A DNA stretch of 51,429 nt from a bacterium (GCA_046757525.1 JBHHYI010000008.1:1-51429); one strand, 5' to 3'. Positions 1 through 10,884 are shown, counted from the stretch's first letter. Numbers and translations are program-made. The notes: generated by a model not told the origin, from the sequence alone.

Positions 1-404
1 GTCACGGACCGGTCGATGGCTTGCAACGCGTCGATCAGCGCCTGGATTTGTTCGTCTAACCCTTGTCTGGAGGCTTCTGGGACTTCCCCGTAGCCGCGCA
101 TCTGCTCAGACTTACAGTCTTCCAGCACCTCCCAAAGCCGAGAAACGCCCACACGAATTACCCACACAGGATCTACTCTCTTCTTGTCGCTGACCCCCAG
201 TACTGATCGCGCTTTCTGCAGAACCTGCCGGGCCAGCTCAATGCTTTGGACTAATGCCAGGACCTTGCCGGCGTCAAGCGCTTCCGTTGCACGCTCTGCA
301 CGTGCACTTTCCACCAGGTGCTCAAATCCGTCAATCGAGCGTTCCACCTCTCTCAAGGCACTGCTCAGCGCCCGGCGATGATTTTCATTCAGTTCGATTG
401 TCAT
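1..404 (-). CDS. Helical protein of the type found next to or fused to bacterial dynamin-like GTPases (3' end runs off window)
   Basis: Not in ORF track. Hand translation from ATG at 404: MTIELNENHRRALSSALREVERSI...LWEVLEDCKSEQMRGYGEVPEASRQGLDEQIQAL, open to the window edge. The LNENHRR and MRGYGEVPE motifs recall dynamin-associated proteins. Confidence 0.6.
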   Translation of the reverse strand, partial: MTIELNENHRRALSSALREVERSIDGFEHLVESARAERATEALDAGKVLALVQSIELARQVLQKARSVLGVSDKKRVDPVWVIRVGVSRLWEVLEDCKSEQMRGYGEVPEASRQGLDEQIQALIDALQAIDRSV

Positions 405-729
405 GGATCGTGTTGTCCAAGCAGTGACCAACCGAGAATTGTTGTTTAAGTTTTGCCAGATGTTGCAATGTCTTGTTCAAGTCTTCGCACCTTCGCGTCA
501 CCGGCTGCTCATTCTCATCGTGTTTGCGCACGGCGCGTTGTGTCACCCTGTCGATTTCAGCGAAAGCCTGATCGATGCGTTCGCGCAGCCTGCCAGAGAA
601 GGCGAATCCGCTTTCTCGTAGCCGGTTGAGGAAATCGGCCCGGGTGCAGCCGCACTGTTTGTCGAATTGTTTCGGGAGTTCGCCCAGGGTCTTGCTGAGC
701 AGGACTTTTTTGGAAATCAAAGAGGCCAC
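385..729 (-). pseudogene. C-terminal fragment of a dynamin-family protein, no GTPase domain
   Basis: 114 aa FDKQCGCTRADFLNRLRES...RERIDQAFAEI resembles the C-terminal helical region of bacterial dynamin-like proteins. No P-loop. Starts immediately after the riboswitch terminator. Confidence 0.45.
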
Positions 730-740
730 GGTGTCCTAAA

Positions 741-780
741 AATGAAAAACTCCTACCTCAAGAATCGCAAAGGTAGGAGT
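741..780 (-). terminator. Intrinsic terminator forming the riboswitch expression platform
   Basis: Minus strand ACTCCTACCT-N12-AGGTAGGAGT followed by TTTTCATTTTT. The 5' arm overlaps the 3' end of the aptamer. Confidence 0.8.
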
Positions 781-825
781 CAATAGCTCTAAACAAATGC
801 AGAACACTTAGCGAACTCCATCGCT
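772..825 (-). ncRNA. Fluoride (crcB-motif) riboswitch aptamer
   Basis: Minus strand AGCGATGGAGTTCGCT-AAGT-GTTCTG..TAGAGC-TATTGACTCCTAC: P1 AGCGA/TCGCT, pseudoknot GGAGT/ACTCC, P2 stem. One deviation from consensus (GCTATTGA vs GCTRATGA). Confidence 0.85.
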
Positions 826-839
826 TTTTTTTGTTTTTC

Positions 840-868
840 AATATAAGGAATTTACGCCTCTAATTCAA
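840..868 (-). promoter_or_regulatory. sigma70-type promoter for the riboswitch transcript
   Basis: Minus strand TTGAAT-N17-TATATT, ~15 nt upstream of the aptamer. Confidence 0.6.
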
Positions 869-903
869 GACCTTTTTGTGAACCCGGTGCCCCAAGTTTT
901 TGC

Positions 904-932
904 TTGACCAGGAGGAACTTTTTCCTTATATT
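904..932 (+). promoter_or_regulatory. sigma70-type promoter of csoR-copA
   Basis: TTGACC-N17-TATATT. Confidence 0.65.
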
Positions 933-936
933 TCCA

Positions 937-953
937 ATACCCACTACCGGTAT
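937..953 (+). promoter_or_regulatory. CsoR operator
   Basis: ATACC-CACTACC-GGTAT inverted repeat with C-rich core, just downstream of the -10 and upstream of csoR; matches the ATACC...GGTAT form of CsoR operators. Confidence 0.7.
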
Positions 954-979
954 CCAGTAATAACCTCAAGAGGTGGACA

Positions 980-1258
980 ATGGTTGACGAGAAGACTAAG
1001 CGTGATTCCAGCCGCAGGCTGCGACTCATCAAAGGGCAGATCGAGGGCGTGGAGCGCATGATTCAGAATGAAAAGTATTGCATCGACATCATCAATCAAC
1101 TCTCTGCCGTTCGTAATGCCCTCGAAAAAGTTTCCCTCATGATCATGAAACGGCATATCGAAAGCTGCGTCGCGGAAAGCATCCAATTGGGGGATGAAAG
1201 GCAAAAGGAACAAAAAATCAATGAGTTGATGGAGACGGTGTACAAGTTCGTGACCTGA
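980..1258 (+). CDS. csoR: Copper-sensing repressor, CsoR/RcnR family
   Basis: [28 protein letters not shown]...HIESCV with Cys/His/Cys Cu(I) ligands; SD GAGG; directly upstream of a Cu ATPase. Confidence 0.9.
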   Translation: MVDEKTKRDSSRRLRLIKGQIEGVERMIQNEKYCIDIINQLSAVRNALEKVSLMIMKRHIESCVAESIQLGDERQKEQKINELMETVYKFVT

Positions 1259-1305
1259 TGCATTTAGTTCACAAGCGTGCGTCTAACCTTGAAAGGAGAC
1301 AATGC

Positions 1306-3945
1306 ATGACTATCGACCCGGTTTGTGGCATGACCGTAGACGAGAACTCTGCCAAATGGGTGAGCGAGCACCAGGGGCAGGTGTTTTCGTTTTGTGCAGA
1401 AGGGTGCAAGAAAGCATTTGAAGAGAATCCGGAGCAGTTCCTCAACGGGAAAGAACCTGTCGAAAAGCAACACAATGGCCATGGCGAGGCCCCCTGCAAG
1501 AAGCGGGAATTGCAGAACATTACACTGCCAGTTGCCGGCATGCACTGCGCTGGCTGTGCCAGCAGCATCGAACGAAAATTGCGGGCGACGGCGGGCGTGG
1601 CTGAAGCACTTGTGAATCTGACCACTGAAAACGCTCATGTCCGCTACAACCCTGAGATAGCTAACCGCACCGATCTTGTCAAGGCCGTGCAGGAGGCCGG
1701 GTATGACGTGAGGGAGGAGGAGGCAACAACCGTATTGCAGATTGAAGGGATGCACTGCACGGGCTGCGCCAACACGGTTGCAAGGTTCATCAGAAATGTT
1801 ACCGGCGTCAAGGAGGCTGCCGTCACTTTCGCCACGGAAAAGGCTGTGATTACACACGATTCCTCTGTCGCACCTCCGGAGGCTTTGGTGCAGGCCGTGC
1901 GCGCAGCAGGATATGATGTAATTGAGAAGACCTCCGCAAATAAGTCGACTCTTGTAGGTGAGCAGCTTGCCCGCGCGGCCAGGTACCGCCAGCTCATGAG
2001 CTGGGCCTGGAGCATCACGGCTCCAATCATGTTGCTCATGCTGGCAGAAATGCTGTTTGGTTGGACGCTTCCCTATCTGGATGTGATCTTCCTCGTGGCG
2101 GCCTTTCCCGTGGTTTTTTGGGTCGGTGCAGAGACCCACAAAAGCGCGGTGAACGTGGTACGCCACGGCGGAACCAACATGGACGTGCTCATTTCGTTGG
2201 GCTCGCTGGCAGCTTTTGCCACCGGGGTTGCGGCATTTTTCCTGCCGGTTGCCAGTTACGCTGCGGTTGCTGCCATGATTATCTGTTTCCATGTGACCGG
2301 TCGCTTTTTGGAGTTTCGGGCCAAGGGTCGCACCTCCAAGGCCATCCAAGAGCTGCTAACGCTGGAAGCCAGGACGGCGCGTATTCTGGTGAACGGTAGA
2401 GAACAGGAGGTGGCAGTAGAAGACTTGAACCCCGGCGATCTCATGCTTGTCCGGCCTGGGGAAAAAATTCCAACCGATGGGATAGTCGTCAAAGGCCAGA
2501 GTTCGGTGGACGAATCACTGGCCACCGGAGAATCCTTGCCAGTTGAAAAAGCCGCCGGGAATGAGGTGATCGGAGCTACTTTAAACAAGCAAGGTGTGCT
2601 GCACGTGAGAGCCACGCGGGTAGGGAAGGACACCTTCCTCTCGCAAGTCATTCGGTTGGTGGAAGAATGCCAGGCCACCAGGGTGCCGATTCAAGAGTTT
2701 GCCGACCGCGTTACTGCGGTTTTTGTGCCTGCCATTTTGGTGTTGGCCGCCGCAACCTTTGCCGTTTGGCTAATCTTTCGCGCAGCGTTTGACTCCGTGG
2801 CCTTGTGGGCCGCTCAATTCGTTCCCTGGATTAATCCGGAGTTGGGCGCTGTTTCCCTGGCCATTTTTGCGGCCGTAGCGGTTCTGGTGATTGCCTGTCC
2901 GTGTGCACTGGGACTTGCAACCCCAACGGTGCTTATGGTGGCCTCTGGACTGGGGGCACAGAACGGCATCCTAATCCGCAATGGGGCCGCCATCCAAACC
3001 ATGCAGGAAGTGGATACCGTCGTGCTGGACAAGACCGGTACGGTCACCAAGGGGCGTCCTGAGGTGACTGAAATCGTTACCGCCGGGAAGATTTCGGAAA
3101 AGGAATTCCTGCGTTTCGCGGCCAGCGCTGAGCAGAACTCCGAGCACCCCCTGGCTCAGGCCGCGGTAAAAAAAGCCCGGGAACAGGGATTGGATTTGCT
3201 GGAAGCACAAGGATTCGAAGCTGTCCCCGGTAAGGGGCTCCAGTGCAAGATCGAGAACGTTGAGGTGCTCCTGGGAAACCAGCGCTGGCTGGCAACAAGA
3301 GGCATTCGGACAGGAAGCTTGCAAGGCGCCATGGCAAAGTTGGAGGGGGAAGGCAAGACCGTGGTTCTGGCCGCCATCGACAAGCAGTTGGTTGGGTTGC
3401 TTGCCATCGCAGACACGCTGAAAGAGGACTCCGTGGAGGCAGTGGCAAAACTCAAGGCGTTGGGACTGAAAACGGTGATGATTACCGGTGACAATGCCCG
3501 CACGGCTCAGGCGGTGGCCAGGTTGGTTAAGATAGATCAGGTGATCGCAGAGGTTCTCCCTCAAGACAAGTCCAACGAAATCAAACGCCTGCAAATGCAA
3601 GGCAGGCGGGTGCTCATGGTTGGCGACGGCATCAACGATGCGCCGGCGCTGACCCAGGCCGATGTGGGCATGGCTATCGGCACCGGCACTGACATTGCCA
3701 TTGAATCGTCAGACATCACGCTGGTCCGAGGCGATCTCAGCAGCATCGTCACGGCCCTTACTCTTTCGCGGGCTACCTTCCGCAAGATCAAGCAAAACCT
3801 GTTTTGGGCATTCTTCTACAACCTGGTCATGATTCCCATTGCGGCTGTTGGGTTGCTGCATCCAGCGCTGGCGGAAGCGGCCATGGCCGCAAGCTCGGTC
3901 AACGTGGTGACAAATGCCTTGCGCCTTAAACGGGTTCAGCTTTAA
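1306..3945 (+). CDS. copA: Cu(I)-exporting P1B-1 ATPase with N-terminal YHS domain and two HMA domains
   Basis: DPVCGM..FCAEGC (YHS), [42 protein letters not shown] and MAASS. Start moved to ATG 1306 (SD AAGGAG). Confidence 0.95.
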   Translation: MTIDPVCGMTVDENSAKWVSEHQGQVFSFCAEGCKKAFEENPEQFLNGKEPVEKQHNGHGEAPCKKRELQNITLPVAGMHCAGCASSIERKLRATAGVAEALVNLTTENAHVRYNPEIANRTDLVKAVQEAGYDVREEEATTVLQIEGMHCTGCANTVARFIRNVTGVKEAAVTFATEKAVITHDSSVAPPEALVQAVRAAGYDVIEKTSANKSTLVGEQLARAARYRQLMSWAWSITAPIMLLMLAEMLFGWTLPYLDVIFLVAAFPVVFWVGAETHKSAVNVVRHGGTNMDVLISLGSLAAFATGVAAFFLPVASYAAVAAMIICFHVTGRFLEFRAKGRTSKAIQELLTLEARTARILVNGREQEVAVEDLNPGDLMLVRPGEKIPTDGIVVKGQSSVDESLATGESLPVEKAAGNEVIGATLNKQGVLHVRATRVGKDTFLSQVIRLVEECQATRVPIQEFADRVTAVFVPAILVLAAATFAVWLIFRAAFDSVALWAAQFVPWINPELGAVSLAIFAAVAVLVIACPCALGLATPTVLMVASGLGAQNGILIRNGAAIQTMQEVDTVVLDKTGTVTKGRPEVTEIVTAGKISEKEFLRFAASAEQNSEHPLAQAAVKKAREQGLDLLEAQGFEAVPGKGLQCKIENVEVLLGNQRWLATRGIRTGSLQGAMAKLEGEGKTVVLAAIDKQLVGLLAIADTLKEDSVEAVAKLKALGLKTVMITGDNARTAQAVARLVKIDQVIAEVLPQDKSNEIKRLQMQGRRVLMVGDGINDAPALTQADVGMAIGTGTDIAIESSDITLVRGDLSSIVTALTLSRATFRKIKQNLFWAFFYNLVMIPIAAVGLLHPALAEAAMAASSVNVVTNALRLKRVQL

Positions 3946-4013
3946 GCCACAAAGTCGTAGCCGAAAGGCCTATTCAAACCAAAACGGAGCAGCCTTGAGT
4001 CCACAACGCTATG

Positions 4014-4038
4014 GGCTTCCCGATGGGGGGCCTTGTTT
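4014..4038 (+). terminator. Possible intrinsic terminator after copA
   Basis: GGCTTCCC-GAT-GGGGGGCC then TTGTTT. Confidence 0.4.
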
Positions 4039-4346
4039 CCTCTCGAAGTGGACCAGGTTTTTGCGCAAGGAATCCCATTTTCTTTGGTTTGAGGCAAGCT
4101 CCTTCTCCTGAACCAAAGCGTCCTGGTGCCAGTGTGGAGGCGTGAAAGCGCACCACCTCTCACCGTCTCAATCAGAACACTCCACGAATGCCGGATTTGC
4201 TTGTTTTTTTGTGAAAATATTGATAGATTGTATTCTTCCGGTTTAGATTTGGTTGGCCAGGTCCATCACTGACCATTTTTGATCGGAAGAAGGTCGCTTT
4301 TTGCTGTCTTAGTTTATTCAATATTCTGAAAATTAAAAGGAAGAAA

Positions 4347-5594
4347 ATGGGTATCGCAAATGGGTACGAAAATATCAAGGATTTGCGCAATCTGATTGTG
4401 CAGATTCCCAAAACGGATCTGCATTTGCACTTAGACGGCTCTGTAAGATTAGAAACCATCATTGAAGTCGCCAAAAAAGAAAAACTGAAACTTCCGAGTT
4501 TCACGGTTGCGGGGTTGAATGAGCTTGTCTTCAAAGAGAAATACGCCAATCTGGAAGAGTACCTAAAAACTTTTGGTTACACGTGTGCCGTCATGCAAAA
4601 GCCAGAATATTTGGAGCAGATTGCCTACGAATTGGCTCTGGACAACCAGGCTGAAGGGGTGCGCTACATCGAGGTGCGCTTTGCGCCACAGTTGCACGTC
4701 AATCGGTTCTTAGACATGAAAACGGTGCTGGTTAGTGTCAACAATGGCTTGTTAAAGGCGCAAAAGGAATTCAATCAAAAAGAAAGCGTGGTTCAGGGCT
4801 CCGAACCGCCATTTTATTTCGGAATCATCGTGTGTGCCCTGCGTTCGTTTGGCCGGTATTCTGAATATTATGAGAATTTTATTAATGCGTTGACCTATTC
4901 GGATATGAAGAAAATCTTTAGTCTGGGCTCCCTGGAACTGGCTCGTGGGGCCGTCCAAATACGCGATGAAGCTGGCATTCCCATCGTTGGTTTTGATCTG
5001 GCGGGCGCAGAGAAAGGCAATCCGGCCAAAGACCACCGACGCGCCTTTCAATATGTTCACGAAAATTTCATGGCGAAAACTGTGCACGCTGGTGAAGCCT
5101 ACGGACCGCCATCCATATTTCAGGCCATAACCGAGTTGCATGCGGATCGCATCGGTCATGGCTTCTACCTGTTCGATACGAGTAAGGTTGACGATTCGAT
5201 CAAGGACAAGGCAAGGTACATTGAGGCGTTGTGCCAGTACGTAGCAGACCGCAGAGTCACTATTGAAGTTTGTTTGACCAGCAACATGCAGACCATACCC
5301 ACGCTCAAGCGGCTGGAGGATCACACCTTTGGCAAAATGCTCGATTATGAACTGAGTGCCACCATTTGTACGGACAACCGAACCGTTAGTAAAACTGCGG
5401 TCACGGACGAAATTCTATTGGCGCTGCGAAAATTCTATTTCACGCCCAAGAAATTAAAGAACACGATTGTTTACGGATTCAAGCGCAGCTTTTTTCCTGC
5501 TGCCTACGCCAGGAAGCGGCAGTACGTTCGACAGTGCATCGATTACTACGAGAAGCTGGTTGAGGGTACGCCCCTGGAGGCGCACAAGGATTAG
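4347..5594 (+). CDS. add: Adenosine/adenine deaminase family protein
   Basis: PKTDLHLHLDGS, YIEVRFAP, GFDLAG.E, HAGE, RIGHG, EVCLTSN, TDN. Confidence 0.85.
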   Translation: MGIANGYENIKDLRNLIVQIPKTDLHLHLDGSVRLETIIEVAKKEKLKLPSFTVAGLNELVFKEKYANLEEYLKTFGYTCAVMQKPEYLEQIAYELALDNQAEGVRYIEVRFAPQLHVNRFLDMKTVLVSVNNGLLKAQKEFNQKESVVQGSEPPFYFGIIVCALRSFGRYSEYYENFINALTYSDMKKIFSLGSLELARGAVQIRDEAGIPIVGFDLAGAEKGNPAKDHRRAFQYVHENFMAKTVHAGEAYGPPSIFQAITELHADRIGHGFYLFDTSKVDDSIKDKARYIEALCQYVADRRVTIEVCLTSNMQTIPTLKRLEDHTFGKMLDYELSATICTDNRTVSKTAVTDEILLALRKFYFTPKKLKNTIVYGFKRSFFPAAYARKRQYVRQCIDYYEKLVEGTPLEAHKD

Positions 5595-5933
5595 GGGTGC
5601 GTGGGTTCTGTCCCGAACCCATCGAGAAACAGCAAAAGGGCTTCCCTTAAATTAAGCTTTACTTAATCTATTACTTTAATTTATGCTAATTTGTTGTGGT
5701 TATGCTGTCTATTGCAAGGTTTTTTATTGGGGCTACGCTTAGCTTGTCAAAGGTATGTTTAATTTTCTGTAAGGTATCCTATTTATCTTGCAACTTTGTT
5801 TAGATGAAATCCAGTATGCCTGGTCTTTTGCTTGCGTTGTTCCACCAGGCCTGGTTAGAGAATGAAGAGCGGCCTGAATCCTGTTTTTGTCTTAGTCTGG
5901 CTCTGAGTGGCTGCGTTTCTGTGAGTAAATCTC

Positions 5934-6584
5934 ATGACGGCTCTTACATTTCCGCCGGTCGAAATGGCGGACGAATCCGGCTTGCTGGCAGTTGGGGGCC
6001 AACTCGACGTGGCAAATTTGGAAACCGCTTACAGAAGTGGTATCTTTCCCTGGCCGGTTGAAGGTTACCCGGTGCTCTGGTTTGCGCCGCCGAAACGTGC
6101 AATCCTTGAGTTTAGCGAGCTTAGAGTGTCCGAACGTCTACGACGCTACCTCCGAAAAAGCAATTTTAGCTTTCGCGTCGACGCCGATTTTGAGGGTGTG
6201 ATTCGGGCGTGTGCAAACAGCAGCAATCGCAAAAGCCAGACGGGCACCTGGATCACCGAGGACATGATTCGAGGTTACATTGAATTCCACAAGGCCGGAT
6301 TTGCACACAGCTTTGAAACCGTCGATGCTGACAACCAACTAATTGGCGGTCTCTATGGCGTCTTGATGGACAACTACTTTGCTGGCGAGAGCATGTTTTT
6401 TAAAGAGGCGAATGCTTCAAAATTCGCTTTAATCCAAACAGTGCAGCATTTGCAGGGGCTTGGGCTTAGCTGGATGGATGTTCAAGTCATGACGCCATTA
6501 TTGAAAAGCTTTGGCGCCAGAGAAATTCATCGGGAACATTTCATGCAGAAGATGAAGGAAGCCTTGTTAGCCTGGAAGACTTGA
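5934..6584 (+). CDS. aat: Leucyl/phenylalanyl-tRNA--protein transferase
   Basis: GLLAVGGQL, AYRSGIFPW, GTWIT, AHSFE, GGLYGV, FAGESMF, ASK. Confidence 0.95.
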   Translation: MTALTFPPVEMADESGLLAVGGQLDVANLETAYRSGIFPWPVEGYPVLWFAPPKRAILEFSELRVSERLRRYLRKSNFSFRVDADFEGVIRACANSSNRKSQTGTWITEDMIRGYIEFHKAGFAHSFETVDADNQLIGGLYGVLMDNYFAGESMFFKEANASKFALIQTVQHLQGLGLSWMDVQVMTPLLKSFGAREIHREHFMQKMKEALLAWKT

Positions 6585-6688
6585 AAGAAGCGGGACGAAC
6601 ATCATCCCTTGAATTTCATTGCAGTTGTCTCGTGTGATCGGTCTGTTGTCAGTTCGAATGAAATGAGAAATCTTATGGAGGACGGCCC

Positions 6689-7846
6689 ATGAACAACAAA
6701 AAGGTAGCCATTGAGACCAAATTAATACATGCCGGGGAACCGGAGCCACGCATCCAGGGGGCGGTGTCGTTGCCAATCTTTCAATCAGCTATGTTTGAGT
6801 ATGCCGGTGAAAGCAGTTATCACGACCTTAAATACATTCGCCTCAACAATACTCCAAATCATGTCGCGCTGCACCAAAAGCTGGCGGCGTTGGAGAATGC
6901 TGAGGCGGCGCTGGTGACGGCAAGTGGCATGGCTGCCATCTCCACGGCGCTTCTGAGCTTGCTGGCGCATGGCGACCACCTGCTGGTGCAGGATTGTCTT
7001 TATGGCGGAACCCATGATTTCATCACCCATGACTTTGCTGACTTTGGCATATCGTACGACTTCATCGATGCCGACGCGCCGGAACGCTGGGAGAGCCAGT
7101 TGCGCCCAAACACCAGGGCTATTTACGTGGAAAGCATGACCAATCCGTTGCTGCAAGTAGGCGATCTGCCGGCCGTCGTGGCTTTCGCAAAAGAGCATTC
7201 CCTGGTTTCTTTGATCGACAACACGTTTCCAAGCCCCATCAATTTTCGTCCAACAGAATGGGGCTTCGACCTGTCGCTGCACAGTTGTACCAAGTACCTC
7301 AACGGTCATTCGGACATCGTCGCCGGGGCCGTCGTTGGACGGGCTGATCTGATCGAAAGAATTACCCACAAGCTGAATCATTTCGGCGGGGCATTGGATC
7401 CGCACGCGTGTTTTCTGCTGCATCGCGGCATGAAAACCCTGGCCGTCCGAATGCGGCAACAGAATGAAAGCGCTCTGGAGATTGCCCGGTTTCTGGAGCA
7501 GCACCCGGCCGTGGGCAAAGTCAACTATCCAGGTCTCGAAAGTCATCCGCGCCACCAGCGCGCCCGTGAACTCTTCGATGGTTTTAGCGGCATGCTCAGC
7601 TTTGAATTAACCGGTGGCTTGCAGGCAGCCGAACGATTCATGAAAAACACCACCCTGCCGGTGATAGCGCCAAGCCTCGGTGGCATCGAGACCCTGTTGA
7701 CCAGACCAGCCACCACTTCCCATTCCGGCATGTCTCCGAAAGATCGGGAGAAGCTGGGGATCACCGACAGCTTGATTCGTGTTTCCGTGGGCATCGAGTC
7801 TACACAGGACCTATTGACTGACTTCGAGCAAGCGTTGCAGGCTTAA
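6689..7846 (+). CDS. PLP-dependent Cys/Met metabolism enzyme (cystathionine gamma-lyase/synthase family)
   Basis: SGMAAI, YGGT, ESMTNP, DNTF, HSCTKYLNGHSD (PLP lysine), SLGG, RVSVGIE. Confidence 0.9.
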   Translation: MNNKKVAIETKLIHAGEPEPRIQGAVSLPIFQSAMFEYAGESSYHDLKYIRLNNTPNHVALHQKLAALENAEAALVTASGMAAISTALLSLLAHGDHLLVQDCLYGGTHDFITHDFADFGISYDFIDADAPERWESQLRPNTRAIYVESMTNPLLQVGDLPAVVAFAKEHSLVSLIDNTFPSPINFRPTEWGFDLSLHSCTKYLNGHSDIVAGAVVGRADLIERITHKLNHFGGALDPHACFLLHRGMKTLAVRMRQQNESALEIARFLEQHPAVGKVNYPGLESHPRHQRARELFDGFSGMLSFELTGGLQAAERFMKNTTLPVIAPSLGGIETLLTRPATTSHSGMSPKDREKLGITDSLIRVSVGIESTQDLLTDFEQALQA

Positions 7847-8145
7847 TCGAAGAGGAGCTTGTGTGGCGAGTTGTGCTTTGTTCTTGAAGCGGTCTTGTCC
7901 AGTCTTCTGTTGGAGCGTCCTGAACCAGTGGAGCCTGCTGTTACGGTTTTAGGCTGTCAGCCCTGATTGCCTGCGTCCTCCGTGTTCCGCGGTGGCGCCA
8001 CGGTTGCGATCCTTTTGCCCGAGTGGCCTTAACCTCTTTGCCGTGGTTATTCAACCACACCTGTCGGTTAAATTCACACCTCAGTCCTTTCCAGGAATCT
8101 TCCTAAGTTTTTAAATAACAAATAACTGAGATCTTCATCGGTGTT

Positions 8146-8161
8146 TGGCATGGGCTTTGTC
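8146..8161 (+). promoter_or_regulatory. Putative sigma54 -24/-12 promoter
   Basis: TGGCAT-GGGCT-TTGTC; AT-rich IHF-like tract at ~8105-8128 and palindrome GTGGTT-ATTC-AACCAC (8043-8058) upstream. Confidence 0.5.
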
Positions 8162-8221
8162 GTACGGGGGATCGAACAGCTAATCCGCGTTGCAGCAATT
8201 CGGTAAATCGAGGAGGTAAAG

Positions 8222-8857
8222 ATGAAGTCCAAGAACATAGGAACTCTCTGGTTGACCCTTTCGTTGGGCCTATTTGCAGTTTCTACAGGTTTAGCTCAGA
8301 CTGAGAAGCCAGCTTCGAGGTTTTCTCCCAAAGGGATCAAGGTGGCTGTTGGAGCAGGGAGCTTGCAGCCAAATTCCGATCAGGCGCTCAATGAAGGAGA
8401 CGCCGGATTTTTGAGCCTCGGGTATGGATTCACCGACCACATTTCCCTGTGGTTGGCCGTCGTGGGGGCCGATCACACGCTTAAGAATGCGGCTACTGGC
8501 CAACAAGACAAAGCCTCGGACGAATCGACATCCAGTTTTGCTGGCATTGAGTTGAATCTCCAGCACAAGTTTGCCACCCGTTCCCGATTTCAGCCGTATG
8601 GCAAAATCGGGGTCGGTTTCTACGGCCTGGAAGACAAGCTTAGCGACGAAACGCTGCTGGGGGCTGGATTGAATCTGGGCCTTGGCCTTGATTTTTTCTT
8701 TGCAAAACATTTCGGAGTCGGGGCAGAGTTTACCTTCAAGAAGCTGAATTATTCGCACAAAAGCATGAAAGTGGCAGGCGGAGACCTGGTATCTGAATTA
8801 GATCGCAAACTGGACGGCGACACCTCGGGTTTCATGATTACGCTTACGATACAATGA
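8222..8857 (+). CDS. Small outer-membrane beta-barrel protein (OmpA/OmpW-like fold)
   Basis: Signal peptide ending GLA-Q, amphipathic strands, FQPYGKIGVG and FGVGAEF; SD GAGGAGG. Confidence 0.75.
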   Translation: MKSKNIGTLWLTLSLGLFAVSTGLAQTEKPASRFSPKGIKVAVGAGSLQPNSDQALNEGDAGFLSLGYGFTDHISLWLAVVGADHTLKNAATGQQDKASDESTSSFAGIELNLQHKFATRSRFQPYGKIGVGFYGLEDKLSDETLLGAGLNLGLGLDFFFAKHFGVGAEFTFKKLNYSHKSMKVAGGDLVSELDRKLDGDTSGFMITLTIQ

Positions 8858-8934
8858 GCACGCGTTCCGTTGTGTCTTATAAGACTCCTGCTGAGGTGTT
8901 TCGGCAGGAGTTTTGTGTCGATACCAGGGAGTAT

Positions 8935-9894
8935 TCAGGCGCGCCCCATGAAGTCGGGTTCCTTTTGAGAGGGCGTTTGCGCCGTGTCCGACTCCAGGAT
9001 TTTGGATTCGCGCGACCTGGCAGTTTTGACCAGGACGACACCAATCAGAACCACCGCAGTGGCGGTCAATACTTGCCAATCGAGACGTTCGTCCAGAACC
9101 AACCAACCCAAAATGACGGCGATCACGGGATTGACATAGGCATACATGGAGACCTTCGAAGCTGGCAGTTTTGCCAAGGCATAAATGTAGGAAACGTACC
9201 CCACAATCGATCCGAAGATGGCCAAATAAACGAGAGCTGCAATGGATTCGGGGGCGAACCTTAGTCGGCTGAATTCTCCAGCAAAGAATCCTACAACCAC
9301 CAGGACGCCACCAGCGATGATCAATTGCAGGGAGGCTGCCATGAATGGATTGCTTCTGATCGTTCGGTATTTGGAGTAGATGGAGCCAGCCGCCCAGGCG
9401 ACAGGGGCCCAAATGATGGCCAGCAGTCCTCGCAGATACGCTGAATCCAAAGCTTTTGAGAAATCCGGGCCTAACAGAATGACCAGTCCTGCGAATCCAA
9501 CCAGTATGCCAATTGTTTTTCTCACAGTCAGCCGGTCCCCGTGTGGGATGAGTGCCTCGATACCAACTATCCAGAAGGGCAAGGTCGCAACAATCAAAGC
9601 TGCGATGCTGCTGGGCACCCACTGTTCCGACCACACGACCACACCGTTGGCGAAAACCAAAAGCAGAACGCCTACAACGGCGATGTCCAGCAATTCGCCC
9701 CGAGTGGGCAAAGAATAGCCGCGCATTCTCAGGACTGCAAAAAAGATCAGGCCGGCAAGGCCGAAGCGCAATCCCGCAAACAAGGCAGGAGGAAAAGATG
9801 CCACGCCTATTCTAATTGCCAAATAGGTCGTCCCCCAGAAAATGCAAACCGCACTCCAGGCCGAATACGCCCGGATCATTTCTTTTTTATTCAT
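8935..9894 (-). CDS. EamA/DMT family transporter
   Basis: WGTTYLAIR, YLAIFGSIVGY, YAYVNPVIAVILGW, ~10 TM; start taken at ATG 9894. Confidence 0.9.
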   Translation of the reverse strand: MNKKEMIRAYSAWSAVCIFWGTTYLAIRIGVASFPPALFAGLRFGLAGLIFFAVLRMRGYSLPTRGELLDIAVVGVLLLVFANGVVVWSEQWVPSSIAALIVATLPFWIVGIEALIPHGDRLTVRKTIGILVGFAGLVILLGPDFSKALDSAYLRGLLAIIWAPVAWAAGSIYSKYRTIRSNPFMAASLQLIIAGGVLVVVGFFAGEFSRLRFAPESIAALVYLAIFGSIVGYVSYIYALAKLPASKVSMYAYVNPVIAVILGWLVLDERLDWQVLTATAVVLIGVVLVKTARSRESKILESDTAQTPSQKEPDFMGRA

Positions 9895-10130
9895 CGCCTG
9901 GTTCGATTTCAAGCAAGGTAGGCATTTCAGTCGTCATAGTCCACCCGATTCTTGCTGAATGCGGCAATTTGGCAAGCTTGTCTGTCGGCAATTGATAGGC
10001 ACAACAACGGGGTCACGGAAACCGTTTGCGCCCAACGAAAAACTTGAATGTTTCGGTGCCAAGTATTATATTGTCTTGCAAAACCACGCATGCCGGCGCC
10101 CAGGCCGATCCAAACAATTGGGAGGGAATT

Positions 10131-10868
10131 GTGAAATGTAAACTTTGCTTTTCCGAGGTACAACCTGATTTCAAATTCTGTCCAATTTGTAGCCACTCTC
10201 TAAAAGAACGACCGCACGACGAGAATCTACTGATCGCTTTCAAGAACTTAGCCCACGGCCATGAGGAATTGGCCGAAAAACAGTTACGAGAGATCATCAA
10301 ACGAGATGCCGACAATCTGATCGCCCTGAAAAGTTTGGGCAATATCTATTTCCATGCCAGCAAGTTAGACGAAGCGATTCAATGCTACAAAGCGGTCCTG
10401 GACAGAAATCCCGAGTACCCTGACGTGCTTTACGATCTTGGGGTTTCCTACTACTACTGCGGAGATTTGAACGAAGCGGTGCAAGTATTTAACATTCTGT
10501 TGCGCATTGAGCCACACTACAAAGCAGCCCTGTATCGCATTGGGCTGGCCTACTTTCATTTAGGGCGTCTGGATGACTGCATTAGTAACCTGTCTCACTT
10601 TGTGAAGCTGGCTCCCAAAAACGTTATGGCAAGATACCATTTAGCCATTGCCTACTTTACCAGCGGGGATTCAAAAAACGCTGCCAGGGAATTCAAAACC
10701 ATCACGCTCATTATTCCAGAGAACTCCGCCTCTCACTACTTTTTGGGGCTGTCCTACAAAGAGGACGGAAAAACCGACAAAGCTATTGAGTGTTTCAAGA
10801 GAGCGCTGGAGTTGGAACCTCAAAATCAAAGGGTCAAGAATGAACTGGCACAGCTCGAAAGTAGATGA
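10131..10868 (+). CDS. Zinc-ribbon + TPR protein
   Basis: CKLC..CPIC followed by multiple TPRs; start at GTG 10131 after SD GGAGG. Confidence 0.8.
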   Translation: MKCKLCFSEVQPDFKFCPICSHSLKERPHDENLLIAFKNLAHGHEELAEKQLREIIKRDADNLIALKSLGNIYFHASKLDEAIQCYKAVLDRNPEYPDVLYDLGVSYYYCGDLNEAVQVFNILLRIEPHYKAALYRIGLAYFHLGRLDDCISNLSHFVKLAPKNVMARYHLAIAYFTSGDSKNAAREFKTITLIIPENSASHYFLGLSYKEDGKTDKAIECFKRALELEPQNQRVKNELAQLESR

Positions 10869-10884
10869 TGCTTGATCGAGTCGC

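Noticed and set aside
3946..4346. GAAA-loop hairpins between copA and add as a riboswitch
   Set aside because: No recognisable aptamer consensus; a covariance search would be needed.
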